NCBI RefSeq assembly: GCF_009914755.1
Contig: NC_060933.1
Source: the human T2T-CHM13v2.0 reference genome, Homo sapiens
DNA length: 64,000 nt
Direction: 5' to 3' (one strand)
Part shown: positions 13,421 through 29,284 of the stretch, one piece after another
How the letters are laid out: the number at the start of each line of letters is the position of its first letter
How positions within the stretch are numbered: position 1 is the stretch's first letter
Notes under the pieces: model-generated
What the model saw: the letters and a program-made list of their open reading frames with translations, nothing else
What the model was told of the DNA's origin: nothing
Databases searched by the model: none
Made by a program: the position numbers and the translations under genes

Positions 13421-14124
13421 GAAACCAGTCAAGTTCAGGAAGCTGAGTTGGGACACGGTGGGGGATGTAGGGGCCCCTGCGTGTTCAGCCCGTGGCTTCC
13501 GTGTAATGTAGCTTAACTACATTTTCCAGCTCTGACATCTTTGCACTGCATTTGTTTTCTGTGGTTTGGAAAATGCAAAACAACAACAGAAAAAAGAGTA
13601 TAAATTCTATTAGAGGAGAAGCCGATGACTCTTGGATATATGATTTATATATTAAATTCCAAGTTTGCGCGTCTGCAGAGCCTGTTGAAAATTTAATGGC
13701 TAATATTCTTAACTGTAGCAAAAGTAAATTATGTATGAAAGGGGTTGACTTTCTTCTCTTTTCTTGCAATAATGATTTCCCTCCCTGCTGAGGACAGAGA
13801 GAGAAAGAGAGATGAGGAGGAGGGGAAGGAGGGAGGAAGGAGGAGGAGGGATGTAGCGGTGCTCTGAGGAAAGAAACCAGATAATAGTATAAACATCCAT
13901 CAGACTGCAGGAGGAAAATTGGATTTCAGCAGGACTTGTGCAGGAGTGCAAAGCTGTGTGTGTCGGGTGTGCGGTGAGCTTCTCGCCCTGATAAATCTCC
14001 TATTAAAACACGGAAAAGGTGGGTGGCGGGGAGGCCCAGGTTCCTCCTATCCTGCTCTGAATTCACAGTCTCTCAATAACCCGGGAGACAGCTGCCACCT
14101 GAGCAGGGCCGGGCATTTAGAGAG

Positions 14125-14132
14125 TGACTGAT
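14125..14132 (+). promoter_or_regulatory. intron 32 branch-point region (gacTgAt; T at -25 = 14129, A at -23 = 14131)
   Basis: yUnAy match; position agrees with the recalled EDS branch-site variant c.2701-25T>G that skips the 45-nt exon 33. Confidence 0.75.
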
Positions 14133-14153
14133 CAGCCCCTTCTCTGATTCTAG

Positions 14154-14198
14154 GGGACCCCTGGAAAGCCAGGACCGCGGGGGCAGCGAGGCCCAACG
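14154..14198 (+). CDS. COL5A1: exon 33 (45 nt) GTPGKPGPRGQRGPT; first half of the heparin-binding (HepV) basic motif
   Basis: tctag/...acg/gtaacc; K905/R909/R912 by numbering. Confidence 0.97.
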
Positions 14199-14333
14199 GT
14201 AACCACCCTTTCAGCTTGTGGGCATGTTTGGGAAACGGGAGCATGGTTTAGGGAGCACGTGCCGGGGGCTGGGGGAAGGCAGTGTCTGTGTGTCGGGACT
14301 TGAGCTGACCTTCCTTCTCTCCCATCTGTCCAG

Positions 14334-14387
14334 GGTCCGAGGGGTGAAAGAGGCCCCCGGGGCATCACTGGGAAGCCTGGCCCCAAG
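14334..14387 (+). CDS. COL5A1: exon 34 (54 nt) GPRGERGPRGITGKPGPK; second half of the HepV motif
   Basis: tccag/...aag/gtatgt. Confidence 0.97.
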
Positions 14388-15445
14388 GTATGTTTTTGGC
14401 CTCCTGGGCGGTGGGCGGCGTGAACCCAAGTTGCAAGGCTACAGAGACGTGGAGCGTCTGAGGGTGTCTGTGACCTTTTTTATTAAAAAAAAAAAAAAAG
14501 GCAGGACATTTTCTTAGGTGTGTTTAAGAAGCTTGTCCCTTCCAGCAGCCTCTGGATGCCTCAGATCAGATGTAATTAAGTGGCTGAGAACGATGGTCAT
14601 GAGAAGTGGCCCCAGCAGAGCAGGGACAGGGCCTCGCCCCAACACCTGGGACCCCAAAGACGGCAGCAGGGGGCCAGGCCCACCGCAGACTCACCCGCCC
14701 TGGTCGGGAGGCCCCATTTCCTCTCTTGAAAGGGGTTTGAGAGCTGCAGAGGCCTCTACCAGAACCTACAGAAAGTGCTTTCTGGCAGGGGAAGGCCCAG
14801 GCCGGCCTCATGCACATTCTTCCCACCGAGGGGCATTGAAGCCACTCCTTGGGTGGAGAATCTGGACACAGACCCAGCAGGCAGGCTACTCCTACCTGTC
14901 CAGGATGCCACTCCAGAGCGGGTTCCTGCTGGGATGAGTCTTCCAAGGGCTGAGGGGCCGAGCTGGCCCGTCCCTCGGCTGACCGGAATGCACCCACAGG
15001 CCACCCTGAACTCCTCCAGGACAAGCTCTGGGGCACTTCTCGTGTGCCCCGTGACCTGACCTGAGGCTCACCTATGAGAACTCAGAGCAGCAGCTGTCAC
15101 GTGGGGGTGGCCCTAGAGCGGGTCCCTGCGTTCTGCCTTTGCATGACTTTTCCAGGTGCTCGAGGCTGGGGCACAGCCTTTGTCCCACTCAGGAGACTGT
15201 TCTGGAAATGTCCAGCCTTGTAGACACTGGGCTGTCAGCTGCATGCAGAGGCACGGGGACAGGCAGGCTTTGACAGCCACAGATCAGCGCCAATGCCTTC
15301 TGCCCCTTACTGAGGGTCAGGGCCACCTTCAGGGGTGCACACAGGCAATATTTGACTCAGACGTTTTGATGACGTTGTGGGCCAGAGTCTTTTCATCCAA
15401 ATAATAACAATCATAAGCTTTTCCCCCCTCTCCTTCCCTCTCAAG

Positions 15446-15490
15446 GGCAACTCCGGAGGTGACGGCCCAGCTGGCCCTCCTGGTGAACGG
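15446..15490 (+). CDS. COL5A1: exon 35 (45 nt) GNSGGDGPAGPPGER
   Basis: tcaag/...cgg/gtaagc (AAG acceptor). Confidence 0.97.
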
Positions 15491-15919
15491 GTAAGCAGCT
15501 GGAGCCTTCGGGGGTGTCTCCAAGGGCAGAGCCTGCCTCGAATGCCCCCTGCACTTTGTCCTGGGGTGGGCTGGGGCCAGGGAGGCACGCCTCAGACCCT
15601 GCTGAAGGGTAGGGTTTTCCTAAGATCCCAAGGGTGGGTCACGCCCTGGGAGGGAACTCTTCCGTAGGTCAGGGGCCTCGACCGCAGCCCTGGTCTTGGG
15701 GTTTGGGAGTGGCCGAGATGACAGGAAATGGGTCCTGGGCCCCATCCTGCCCCCGAGGGTGAGGCAGGGTGAGGGAGGGGCTGGAATAATGGAGGAAAGG
15801 CCGTGGGGGTGGGAAGAAATGACACCTGCGTTCAGAGAGCCACCGGCACGGGCAGGTCAGCGGCAGGAGCTGCTCGGGAGAGGCCTCTTGTCCTCAAACT
15901 GGCCTTTCTCTGTTCCCAG

Positions 15920-15973
15920 GGACCCAATGGACCCCAAGGACCCACAGGATTTCCTGGACCAAAGGGCCCCCCT
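15920..15973 (+). CDS. COL5A1: exon 36 (54 nt) GPNGPQGPTGFPGPKGPP
   Basis: cccag/...cct/gtaagt. Confidence 0.97.
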
Positions 15974-16094
15974 GTAAGTAATGGCTTCCTTGCTGGGCCA
16001 GCACTGCCTGTCCCCTCCAAAACCCGCCTGTTTTCTCTGAGGTCTGCTCGGAGCTCCTCACAGTGGCCAGTGGGTGGAGGGAGGCCCGAGGTGA

Positions 16095-17010
<916 letters not shown>

Positions 17011-17129
17011 CGCCTTATGGCAGGTGTGATGTATCTCCTCCAGTATGGACAACCATCTAGCAGTGGGATTATGACCCAGCAGGCATGGCGGGGCTGGTGG
17101 GAGGAGGTTGGACTTTGCAACTGGACAGA

Positions 17130-17265
17130 CTTGGGTCCTGGCGCCGGCTGTGTCACCTGCTGGCTGGACCTCAGGATACCAACTGGCCTCTTATGCCTCA
17201 GTTTCTCCCTTGGTAGATGAGGGTGACAACAGCACGTCCCATGGGGCAGTTGTGAGGATTTTGTA
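17130..17265 (+). mobile_element. MIR fragment
   Basis: tgcctcagtttctcc...gttgtgaggattt core. Confidence 0.55.
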
Positions 17266-17460
17266 CGAGGACAGGCAGGAGCCAAGGACAGCTTTAGATT
17301 TGTTGTCACTGTCCCCGTGCCTGCCAGGTGATTGCTTTTCTCAGAGGATGTGCAGGGGCAGGAGCCATGGAAATAACGGTCACTCCACGTGGCATTAATT
17401 CTCAAAGGTGGTTGCTTCTCAGACACGAATGAACCTCCTTTCCTTTGGTTTTTTCTTCAG

Positions 17461-17514
17461 GGCCCTCCAGGCAAGGATGGACTCCCAGGACACCCTGGAC
17501 AGAGAGGCGAGACT
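17461..17514 (+). CDS. COL5A1: exon 37 (54 nt) GPPGKDGLPGHPGQRGET
   Basis: ttcag/...act/gtgagt. Confidence 0.97.
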
Positions 17515-19431
17515 GTGAGTATCGTGGGTGCTGGGGGACGTGGCTGGCTGGCTCTCTGACCACCCTGCACGTGGGCACAGCCCTCGCTGCCCAGCGCCAT
17601 CTAGGACCCTCCTGGCCTGGGAAGAGCAGTCATGCAGGCCGGCAGCGCCTTATGGCATCTGTGGGCAGAAGGCAGGTGTTGGCTTTGGGCTGGTTTTGGA
17701 AACTTTGGTGAGAGGCCACATTTAAAGACACACACAGATTATCCTGGGCCGACTGAAGCCTCATGCATCCAGCCTTATTTTCCCTCTAGAATAATGCTGA
17801 GTGCTACCCCGCTTGAGGGATACGTCTTTTAATTGGGAAAGTGCTGGGAAAGGGTCTACATGTTACTCAGCGTCATTCAGTCATTCGATGCTGCAATACT
17901 TCAAGAGGGCGGCTGTGGGCCATGCACCAACCCCACCCACGTTCACCCGGGCCCTTCCAGCTCCAATCCAGGGGGTCTGGAGGATGCCTGCAATGTCCCC
18001 TTTTACACTAAAGAAAACAAGCGCCAGTCAGGTGGAAGTGGCCTCTAACTAGTCACTCCGCTGGGCACATGGTCTCTGTAGTCAGAGACTCCCCTTTGAC
18101 CTTGCCCTTCACTTTAGAAATGCATATCACAGGCTACTTCATCCAGACCAGAAAGGACTCCAGTGTTTTCAGTTGGGAGAAAAAGCCCTCATCAGAAATG
18201 GGATCATTTTCCTGGCCCCATCAGCCCTTCGAAATTTGGCCCAGCTCCCTAAAGGTGTGTTTCAGGAAAGGGTGCAGGCACGCCTGTAACCTGGCCCACA
18301 CCTACAAGCTTGGGGCTCCAGGCTCTGAATATCTGGGGACGTGCAGTGTCGGGTGACTTCCTCGTCACCACGCTGTGTTCCTTCTCCGAGTGCCCACCTA
18401 CTCTGTCCAGCTTAAAGGATGAATTGCACAGATGCAAACATTTCCCACAGAGGAGAGTGAGGGGCATGTCAGGATCACTGCAAGGGTCCCTGCAGCCAGG
18501 TTTCTAGGGATCAAGGTCTCTACAGGACTCTCCCAGCAAAAGCAGGTCCCCTCGTGGAATGGGTCTCTGAGTGCCCTGTTGAATATATTCTCCATGCCTG
18601 CTTTGAAAAAATCCCCTTTGTCTCTCTTTGGTTCATCGTGATGAAACCTCTTTTAATTATACCTTCACTGGTGTTCTGCACGGCGCATGCTGCCTGATAA
18701 ATGGAGATTGCTTTGCTCTTTTGTTTATAGAGAAAAATTAAAACATTTCTTCTGAGCTTTGCATATTTTTCTCTAATGCCTTTTCAAGGAGACAAGATAG
18801 AAGGTTTTACATATTATGTGCTTTTCTCCCTCTGACTTATTCTGGACGGAGGCTGGTGAAAGAATTAAGCTGCTTGTCTCTGCTCAGAAAGTTGCACATG
18901 TACTTCCGGCTGCCTTCTGCCACCCCGGCCACCTCTCTAGACACATGGCGCTGGAGTGATGCCTGTGTCTCTGAGAGCCACTTGGGACATAGCATCTCCT
19001 CCATGGGCTAGTCCAGACAAGCCTTCCAGAAAGAGCTTCTCTGCAGTGTTGATTTCCTTCTTTTTTAAAAATATGAAACACCAACGGTCATTATTTCTCC
19101 TAAATGTGAGCCAGAAACTTATTTCTCAGCAAAGGGCTAAGGTCATATTCTGTCCTCAACAGCCAGGGTGGCCGAGGGCCCTGGGGAGGCCTTTTTTGTT
19201 TCGTGTTAACTATGACATTAGCAAAACTTAACCAAGGCTCCGATCTCCCTTCAGGCTCTTGAGCTCTTCTCCCCGGGTCCACTGAGCAGGGCATGCCCTT
19301 GACACCCATCCACCGTTCCTTACTTCTGACCCCATAAGTGCAATGAACATTAGAAACGATCATTCTAGCCCACAGCTGAGCTGGGCTTAAAGAGGCGAGC
19401 CCTCCTAGAGTTTGCAAAGAAGCTGAGTCTG

Positions 19432-19822
<391 letters not shown>

Positions 19823-20486
19823 TCAGTGAGCCCAGGCCTGAGGCCGCTCACCCTCCAGCCCTAGCTGGGCCTCAGGGCCAGCCACCTTCTCCTCCAGCGT
19901 CTAGAGTTTGCCTCGAGGCCTCCGGGTAGAAGGTGTGCATGTCTCCACCAGTGTCATGTGGCACCTGCAGATGGCTTCTCGCTGGCACCTGTCATGCTCT
20001 GCAGACGTGCCTGGAAAAGAAGCTTATGTTGCCTTAAGGTCATCTTTCTCCTTTGAGGGAGAGTACAGAAGTCGTGGCGACACCCACAGCCAAGCCAGGA
20101 TCGTTATCTACGCGTGAGCATGCAGAGCGGGCGTGAGATATTCCCGCTGAATCAAGCTAAAAATAACGCATCCAAGCTGCCGAGTTATGAAAGCAGCTGG
20201 CCCTCGCTCTTGCCTGTTTTAAATACATGCTGAGGAGCACGCGGGCAGAGTCACCCGTCGTGCATCAGAGGCGTTCACGCCAAAGCAGGTCAGTCGTCAC
20301 AGAGCCACTGCTGAGAAACAGCCAGAGGTAGTCGCGGGTCCAGAAAGGGCACCAAGCCAACTCAGAAAAGGAGCGTTTGGTGACATGATAAAGGCGAATC
20401 GCGTCGGCCTAAAGATGCAGAGGCAGGAGAGCAGCCAGTGAGATGAGCTTGTGTGGCTTCGTTACCCTCGTGAAATTAGTGCAAAC

Positions 20487-20777
20487 GCACGGTGGCTCAC
20501 GCCTGTAATCCCCGCACTTTGGGAGGCTGAGGCAGGTGGATCACGAGGTCAGGAGTTCGAGGCCAGCCTGACCAACATGGTGAAATCCTGTCTCTACTAA
20601 AAATACAAAAATTTGCCAGGTGTGATGGTGTGTGCCTGTAATCCCAGCTACCCAGGAGGGTGAGGCAGGAGAATCACTTGAACCTGGGAGGCAGAGAGGT
20701 TGCAGTGACCCAAGATCGAGCCACTGCACTCCAGCCTGGGCGACAGAGCGAGACTCTCCATCTGAAAAAAAAAAAAA
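20487..20777 (+). mobile_element. Alu (AluSg-like)
   Basis: Alu consensus and A-tail. Confidence 0.93.
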
Positions 20778-20929
20778 TGAAACAAGAGACATGGGCCTCT
20801 TACACAAAGTCTGGAACATCTACTCTGGGGGGAAGGGAGGTGGGGGGCAAGCGTCCTGCTGAGAACAGTGCAGGGCAGGGTGGCGCAGGCCACTGCAGCA
20901 CCGTCAGTGCAGTGACTCTCTCTTCACAG

Positions 20930-20983
20930 GGTTTCCAAGGCAAGACCGGCCCTCCAGGCCCCCCCGGCGTGGTCGGCCCTCAG
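20930..20983 (+). CDS. COL5A1: exon 38 (54 nt) [18 protein letters not shown]
   Basis: cacag/...cag/gtaagc. Confidence 0.97.
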
Positions 20984-21851
20984 GTAAGCTCCAGCCTTCC
21001 CAGATTCCATGGGTCACTCGGTGTCACTTGCCCACAGGGAAGAGGGTCCCAGCCCGGGCATCTGTTCCCTCCACGATTCCGGAGGTGCAGGTACTGCTGA
21101 GAGGTTATCTTAGGTCCTGAATGTTGGTCAGCGTGAGGCTCGCCCCACGCAGGAGCAAGCAAAGATGTGTTTGCCCTCAACACAAACCCAACACGCAGGG
21201 CAAGGAAGGCTGCCCAAGGCTCACAGGGTGGCTGGGGCCAGACCTGGGCCAGCTCAGGAGCTGGGCTCATCCCTGCTGTGGGTGTCCAAGGCAGCCGAGT
21301 CCTCCTGCCACTGGTCCCTGTGGGTGTCACGGGCCTGCGATTCTAACCGCAGACCAGTGGCAGATCAGTGTCAGGGGCAGCTTAGAGCCAGGATTGATGG
21401 CTTAGAGCTGCAGAACGGGGAGGGGTCACCTTGTGTCCTAGAAAGCGCACACCTCATGTAGCGGTGAGTAAGACGTAGACCTGCTGCAGCCACAGAACGG
21501 AAGGGCATGTGGGCTCTGCCCCTGGTGTGGCTTTTCTCCCATCCTTGGCCTGTCCTGTGGCTGAATCAGCCTCCCTCAGGGCACATCCCAGGAAGGCAGG
21601 CTTGGCCGTGCCTCCTGAAGGCGCCAGGTGGGGGAAGAGGGCCACGCAGGGCCCAGCAGATGCCAGGCAGTGAGCAGCGTACCAACACCCACCCTCTAGA
21701 TTTTTGCCGGGAAGAGAAGGCTTGCAAAGGCACTTGGAGGTTTGGTGTGCCCGCAGCAGACCTTTGCGTCCATGACCAGGGCTGTCCTTAGATTTAGGAA
21801 GAGATTCTCACTCCCTTGCAAGTCACTCGAAACGTCTGTGGCTGACACTGA

Positions 21852-22064
<213 letters not shown>

Positions 22065-22324
22065 TAATTCGTCAAACAGACGCTTCTCATGCCGGTTCAC
22101 TCCCCAGACCGCACGTTTTGCTCACTTTTCCTTGATTCACTCCAGGAGTCGCGCTGACCTGCTCAGGGATGGGCTTGAAGGGGGAGCGCAGGGGTCACCA
22201 CCATCCTCCACCCTCTGCTCTCTCCCCAGCTGCCAGCCCTGCTCCCAGAAATGGATAAAAAGCTCTGGGACTTCATGTGTCCATAACACGTTTAGCAGAA
22301 AGTGGTCCTTTTAAAAACCCCTCA

Positions 22325-22958
<634 letters not shown>

Positions 22959-23729
22959 TCACTGGCCATAACTTGCTGTGTTAGCACAAAAATAGCCCTT
23001 CCCTTTCAGCTCTTCAATAAGGAATGCAACAAAGGCAAGCTCTCCAGCCTGTAGGACCACAGAAGAGTAAACCTGAAAAATAATAAAGTGAAGCAAATGA
23101 AGAAATACTGAAAAAAATCACACACCCGGGTGTGCATGTAGATATAGGAATAAATACACATGTGTACATGCACACGTGTGTGTATTCTAGACACAAAGAG
23201 AGCTCTCCGAGCTTGGAAAGGCGGCCACGGGCATTTGACCTGCTCGTTTGAAAACAGCACTGTGCTCCATGTTGGACCCCAGAGAACATTTTGGAAGATA
23301 TCAAAGCTTTACTGTACCTCAGGGAAAGTCGAGGCTAAGGGGTGACTTTTTTTCAGAAAATGTGGTTTCGGGCTTGAAGAAGTTCCTTAAGTGATAAGTC
23401 CATTTAGGACGATGCTTTTAATGCTATTTCGACCATGGATTTCTTTGTCTGAGCACGGTCTTACAAGGAGCCCCAAATCTATGGAAAAGATAGACGTGCC
23501 CTCAGCTCCCACATGGCCCATCGTAGCCCTTAAGGGCCTTGGGAGGAAGGACCCCGGAACTCCGTGGAGCAGGGGTAGAGTCAGATTTGCACGCAGAGCC
23601 CGCCAGATGAGCGTGGCTTCCAGGTGGAGGCTCAGGCTGTGCTCCCACGTGTGGGCTGCTGAGTCCAGTCACGACTCTGAAAAGTGGCCAGGAGAAGCCC
23701 AATCCAACCCAAGTCCAGGAGTGTCTGAT

Positions 23730-23924
23730 GAGAAGGCCCCGACCCTTGGCCTTGCTCCGGGGCTGGTGAGAGGTCTGTGTCGCTGGCTCCAGGAGAGAAG
23801 GCCCCAACCCTTGGCCTCGCTCTGGGACTGGTGAGAGGTCTGCGTTGCTGGCTCCAAGAGAGAAGGCCCCAGCCCTTGGCTTCGCTCTGGGGCTGGTGAG
23901 AGGTCTGCGTCACTGGCTCCAGGA
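23730..23924 (+). repeat. 65-bp tandem repeat x3
   Basis: units start at 23730, 23795 and 23860. Confidence 0.92.
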
Positions 23925-23938
23925 AAGCTCATCTCTGA

Positions 23939-24064
<126 letters not shown>

Positions 24065-24136
24065 TGAAATGGGACAGGTGCAGCCCTGGAGGCCTCTCCC
24101 CACGTGCCCTTGACCAACCTTTTCATGGCTTTGCAG

Positions 24137-24190
24137 GGAGCTCTTGGACTGAAAGGCAATGAAGGGCCCCCTGGCCCACCAGGCCCTGCG
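24137..24190 (+). CDS. COL5A1: exon 41 (54 nt) [18 protein letters not shown]
   Basis: tgcag/...gcg/gtgagt. Confidence 0.97.
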
Positions 24191-24704
24191 GTGAGTCAAA
24201 GCCTTTGTCCCATCCTCTTTCTTGAATCCTACTCTCCAGGTCAGAAGGGGCAGTCCCCGAGAGCCCAGAGCATGCAGCTGCCCCAGACCCCCGAGGAGCC
24301 TGGGGAGGATGTGGAGGGGGGAAAATGGCCTTCAGGGAGATGCGGGCGGCGCATCCCAAGCTGGCAGCCAGGATGACGAAGGGTCCCAGGGGCACACCGA
24401 GGAAAGGAGAGTGCTGGGCAGCCTGGAGGGCGGGAGGAGCCACTCTGTGTTGCCTGTGGAGCATGCTCCCTGGAGGAGCAAGGAGAAAGCCTACACACCT
24501 ATCGTGGGTCTGGGCTGGGCCAGCAGGGGAAGAAACAGACACGGGTCTGCAGGGACTCTGAAGATGCACGCTAAAGCCAGGCTGCCCACGGCGGGGGCCC
24601 ACTGGGCAGGATGGCCCTCACGATTAGGCCAGGTACCCACCCATCCATATGCCAGCCCCCAGGCAAGGCATCCCCTAGAAAACGCACCCCATGGAGGAGC
24701 ACAG

Positions 24705-24910
24705 CAGAGAGGGGAGTGGGTGCCCCATGGGCATGGGGGCCCTGGAGGGGAGGGGTTGCCCTGCAGGCATGTGGGCCCTGGAGGAGAGGGGGTGCCCCGT
24801 GGGCTCTAGAGGGAAGGGGGTGCCTCACAGACATGTGGGCCCTGGAGGAGAGAGGGTGCCCCGTGGGCAGACCCTCAAGGGGAGGGGGTGCCAGGCTTCT
24901 AGAAGAGGGA
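24705..24910 (+). repeat. G-rich ~35-bp degenerate minisatellite
   Basis: repeated catgtgggccctggaggagaggggtgcccc. Confidence 0.8.
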
Positions 24911-25065
24911 GCCCATTGAAGGCAAGCACACCACAGGGCACACTGTCAGACACCAGGGGGAGGAGCACCTGGGAGCTTGGAGTTACAGGAAGACACAGAG
25001 CCCCGAACGCTAGACCAGGTAGTCTGTGCTTGCAAAGGGCCATAGGGAGCCACTGTGGGCTCTAG

Positions 25066-25353
<288 letters not shown>

Positions 25354-26255
25354 TGATGTCCCCAGGGGTATTTCCTTGGGATTGGGGATGGGGTGGGGTC
25401 TGCGGCCCTCTAGGACAGAGCGTGTGTCCCATGGGAACCTGGTGACCTGCCTGAGGAGCACAGGAGGAGTCCTGGTGCCGGCCACATTCTTTCCGCCATC
25501 AGCTGAGCCAGAGGAGCCCTGTGGGATGATGTTGGGCCGGTCTCAGCCTGTCCACGCGTGCATGCTGGTGTTCCCCACATGCGTGGACAGAGGAAGGGGC
25601 CGAAGACAGTCAGTGCGCTGTGGACTTGGTCTCCGTCCAGCCTCAGTGCCACCTGTGTGGTCGGGCCACAGCTGCCCACTGTGTGAACTGTTCCCTGCTG
25701 CTGGCCCAGACCCATGGCTGGGCTCTTCCTAGGAAAGGATGTTTGGAACCGGGGAGTCCTGTTTCTTGGTTGGGGGGCAGGTGTAGAGAGCAGATGTCCA
25801 GCAAAGAAGGGGCAGGGGATGGGTGGATAACGGAAAGACAAGGCGCCTCCCTCTGTGTCCAGGAAAGCCCACCTGCTGGTAAGCCCCGAATTTTGCAGGC
25901 TTTGTGAAGCCTCGGGAGTGGGGAGGAGCATGTCTTGAGGCCACCCAGATCTTGGTCTCCAAGAAGGAGATGAGCGAGCGCCCTTTTTGCCTAGATGCTT
26001 CCTGCTAGCCTGCTTTCGTGAATAACCCACAAAATGCCACTTACCGTCCAGAAGTGGTCCACCCTGACCCGTATTTGGCTTCTGCCACACAATTTTGCAG
26101 TGTCCCCTACCTCTGCATTCAATCAGCTCTGAAGACCAATTTAATCTCAACTTCTCCTTCCCAGTACAGAGGGTCAGAATGAGCTTGAGTTCTCCAGGGG
26201 AATTGGCAGATAATCGGTGCAGACCATCTCAAATTGAGTTAGGTCTGAGTGCTGA

Positions 26256-26568
<313 letters not shown>

Positions 26569-27412
26569 AGAAACTGTGATTTTCTTGTACGTTTCACTCT
26601 CAGTGGCTCATGGGTGGCAGGAACAGCCTACATTCCCTGGGCAGGAACTTCCCTGGAAACCACATTGGAAACATCTGGGCCATTGAGAATCTGTTCAATA
26701 CATTATTGGCAATTTTGGTGTCTTCTAATCATTTCCAGTGAGGCACCCAGGACATGGATCCAGCTGGATTCTGTGCCAGAAAACTGAAGCCAACTGGGCA
26801 GTCAGTGTATAGAGTGCACACAAAGTCAGCTGGAAATGGCTTGGTTCACAGTTTCAAGAGAGTAAATATTTGAGCAGAAACCTTGCAAGAGTTGCTCTAT
26901 CCAGGCAGAAGCTCGTCATCCTCCCAGAATAGCTCCAGAGGGAAGGAAAGGCCAAGCAAAGGTTGGACGTCTCTGAGAACTCCCGACCTGACCAGGAATG
27001 TAGGACAGGAAGCTTCCACAAAAGCCCCACACGTGGTCTTTGCATTCTCTGGCTTAAGTAGGGTAGACATTTCTATGAATAGGAGCTCAGTTTGAGGAGC
27101 AGGACATGAATTGTGGAGGGAGGAATGGTAAGACGAAATAGTGATGGATGACTAAATCCCGGCTACATTTAGACCAGAACATTGAATGTACATTCTCTAT
27201 TCCATGTTTCCCTTCCCAATGTGCACACCCTCCTTCTGTGTATCTGTCGGAAGATAGGGATCCCTGTCTGCAGTGAGAAAATATAGGCTGCTCACAGAGT
27301 GATGCGATGGCTGGTCAAACTGAGCAAAGCAAGAACTTAAGAAGGATCATTTGAGATTACCAAGCAGGCAGTTAGGAGGAAAATGAATCAAAGTTACAAG
27401 GACAGGAAAAAT

Positions 27413-27721
27413 AGTGTGTGCGTATGCCTGCAAGCATGTCCTGTGTGTGTACCTGTGCGTGCATACTCATGTATGCATGCACATACATGTCAGTGTGCTT
27501 CTTTATATGTCCTTGTGTGTACATGTTGGTGCATATTCACACGTGTGCACATGTTGGTGCATATTCACACGTGTGCACATGCGAGTATGCTTGTTTTGTG
27601 CACATGCATGTGCATGCATGCATACCTGTGTACATAGGCGTGTTCACATGTGTGCATGTATGCACATGTGTGTGCGTACATGTCTTCATGTGTGAGCATG
27701 CATGTCCTTGTGTGTGTGTGC
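27413..27721 (+). repeat. degenerate (TG/CA)n alternating purine-pyrimidine repeat
   Basis: direct reading. Confidence 0.9.
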
Positions 27722-27834
27722 AGGGAGAGTGTCTGCAGAGAATGTAAAGAATCAGAAAGCTGGTGAAAGCTGGAGCTCAGGCTATCCTGGTGACTGGGCT
27801 TGGCTCCCGGTCACTAGCTTAGACAATCCACATA

Positions 27835-27960
27835 CAGGCTCAAGAATTTGGCCGGCTGGATTTGGATCCTGTCTCTACTGCTCACTAACTGTGCCTCAGT
27901 TTCCCCATCTGTAAAAGAGCAGCCTTTCCTAGGATGAGTGTGGATTAATTGAAGCGATGC
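27835..27960 (+). mobile_element. MIR fragment
   Basis: tgtgcctcagtttccccatctgtaaaa core. Confidence 0.7.
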
Positions 27961-28158
27961 ACCAGAAGTTCATGGTCCAGGGGCGGGCTCAGAGTCGGCC
28001 CTCAGTGGCCCTGGCTGAAATCCATTAGGACTGTGGGGACGGTCACCCTCACCAACTCCCACTTCCTGCCAGCGGATCCCTCTCTTGGGTAATGAGCTGG
28101 TGGGGGGATGTTCCCAGGTTGGAGCCACGTTTGACCTGAGATCTTCTGTATTCTCTAG

Positions 28159-28359
<201 letters not shown>

Positions 28360-29230
28360 TAGAGCGGCTCAGCCAGCGGAGTGATGCCACACCCACCCCG
28401 CAGTCCTGGCATTAGGGGATGATTTCACAGCAGCCCACTGGTAAATGGTAATACACGCCGTCCCCGGCACGCTCGAGGGACTTAGAAACCACACCCTCCT
28501 GTGTCATTTTGAGGTTGCCTACAACATTTGCTGTGAGTAGCCACAGCAGAGAAAAATGCTCCCCGGTCCCCCCGAATAATTTCAAATTCCGAAACTGCGG
28601 AGCCCGGTTTAATGAGGTTTTGCTCAGTATCTATTTTTAAATGTCTCCGCTTGAATTATCCAGGCTCCCGTTCATTAAGAATGTGCTTTATAATTCCAAA
28701 ACGATGGCTGCAGGAGCTTGCATTTTATCCTTCATTTAACGCAGACAGTGAAATTTCGCTGTGCTGTAACTTTCTATTGATGACCCCTCTCTGGGGACAT
28801 TTCTGACTTTGTCACCTCTGCATGGATAATGCCTTACATCTCCGGGCGGGAGACAGCCTTGCACCGACAGGAACAACAGAGAGGATTTTAATAACTTCTT
28901 CGGCAACATAGTAATTGAGTTGCCTGTTGTTGGGTTGTCATGGTAGTGGCCCAATTTGAAAAACAGAGTAAATATTTTCAATATGACTTTTCCCACATCT
29001 TCAAGTCTACTAAAAGCCTGTCGAGCATCAGATCGAGACCTCGTCCCTTTTAGCCCTTGTATTAAAAAGGAAATCAAGCTAATATATGGAAACATTTATT
29101 CGTAGGAAAGTTTTAGGGCCACCTGGAAAGGACACTGTTCTTAATCTCCAAGAAAAATTCATTACGGGGAACAGAAAAGGTCCAAACGGTTGTCAAGCTT
29201 TCTAACCGAATCCCCCACACCTTCCCCTAG

Positions 29231-29284
29231 GGAGAGATCGGGGAGCCGGGGCAGAAAGGAAGCAAGGGGGACAAAGGAGAACAG
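29231..29284 (+). CDS. COL5A1: exon 44 (54 nt) GEIGEPGQKGSKGDKGEQ
   Basis: cctag/...cag/gtaagt. Confidence 0.97.
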
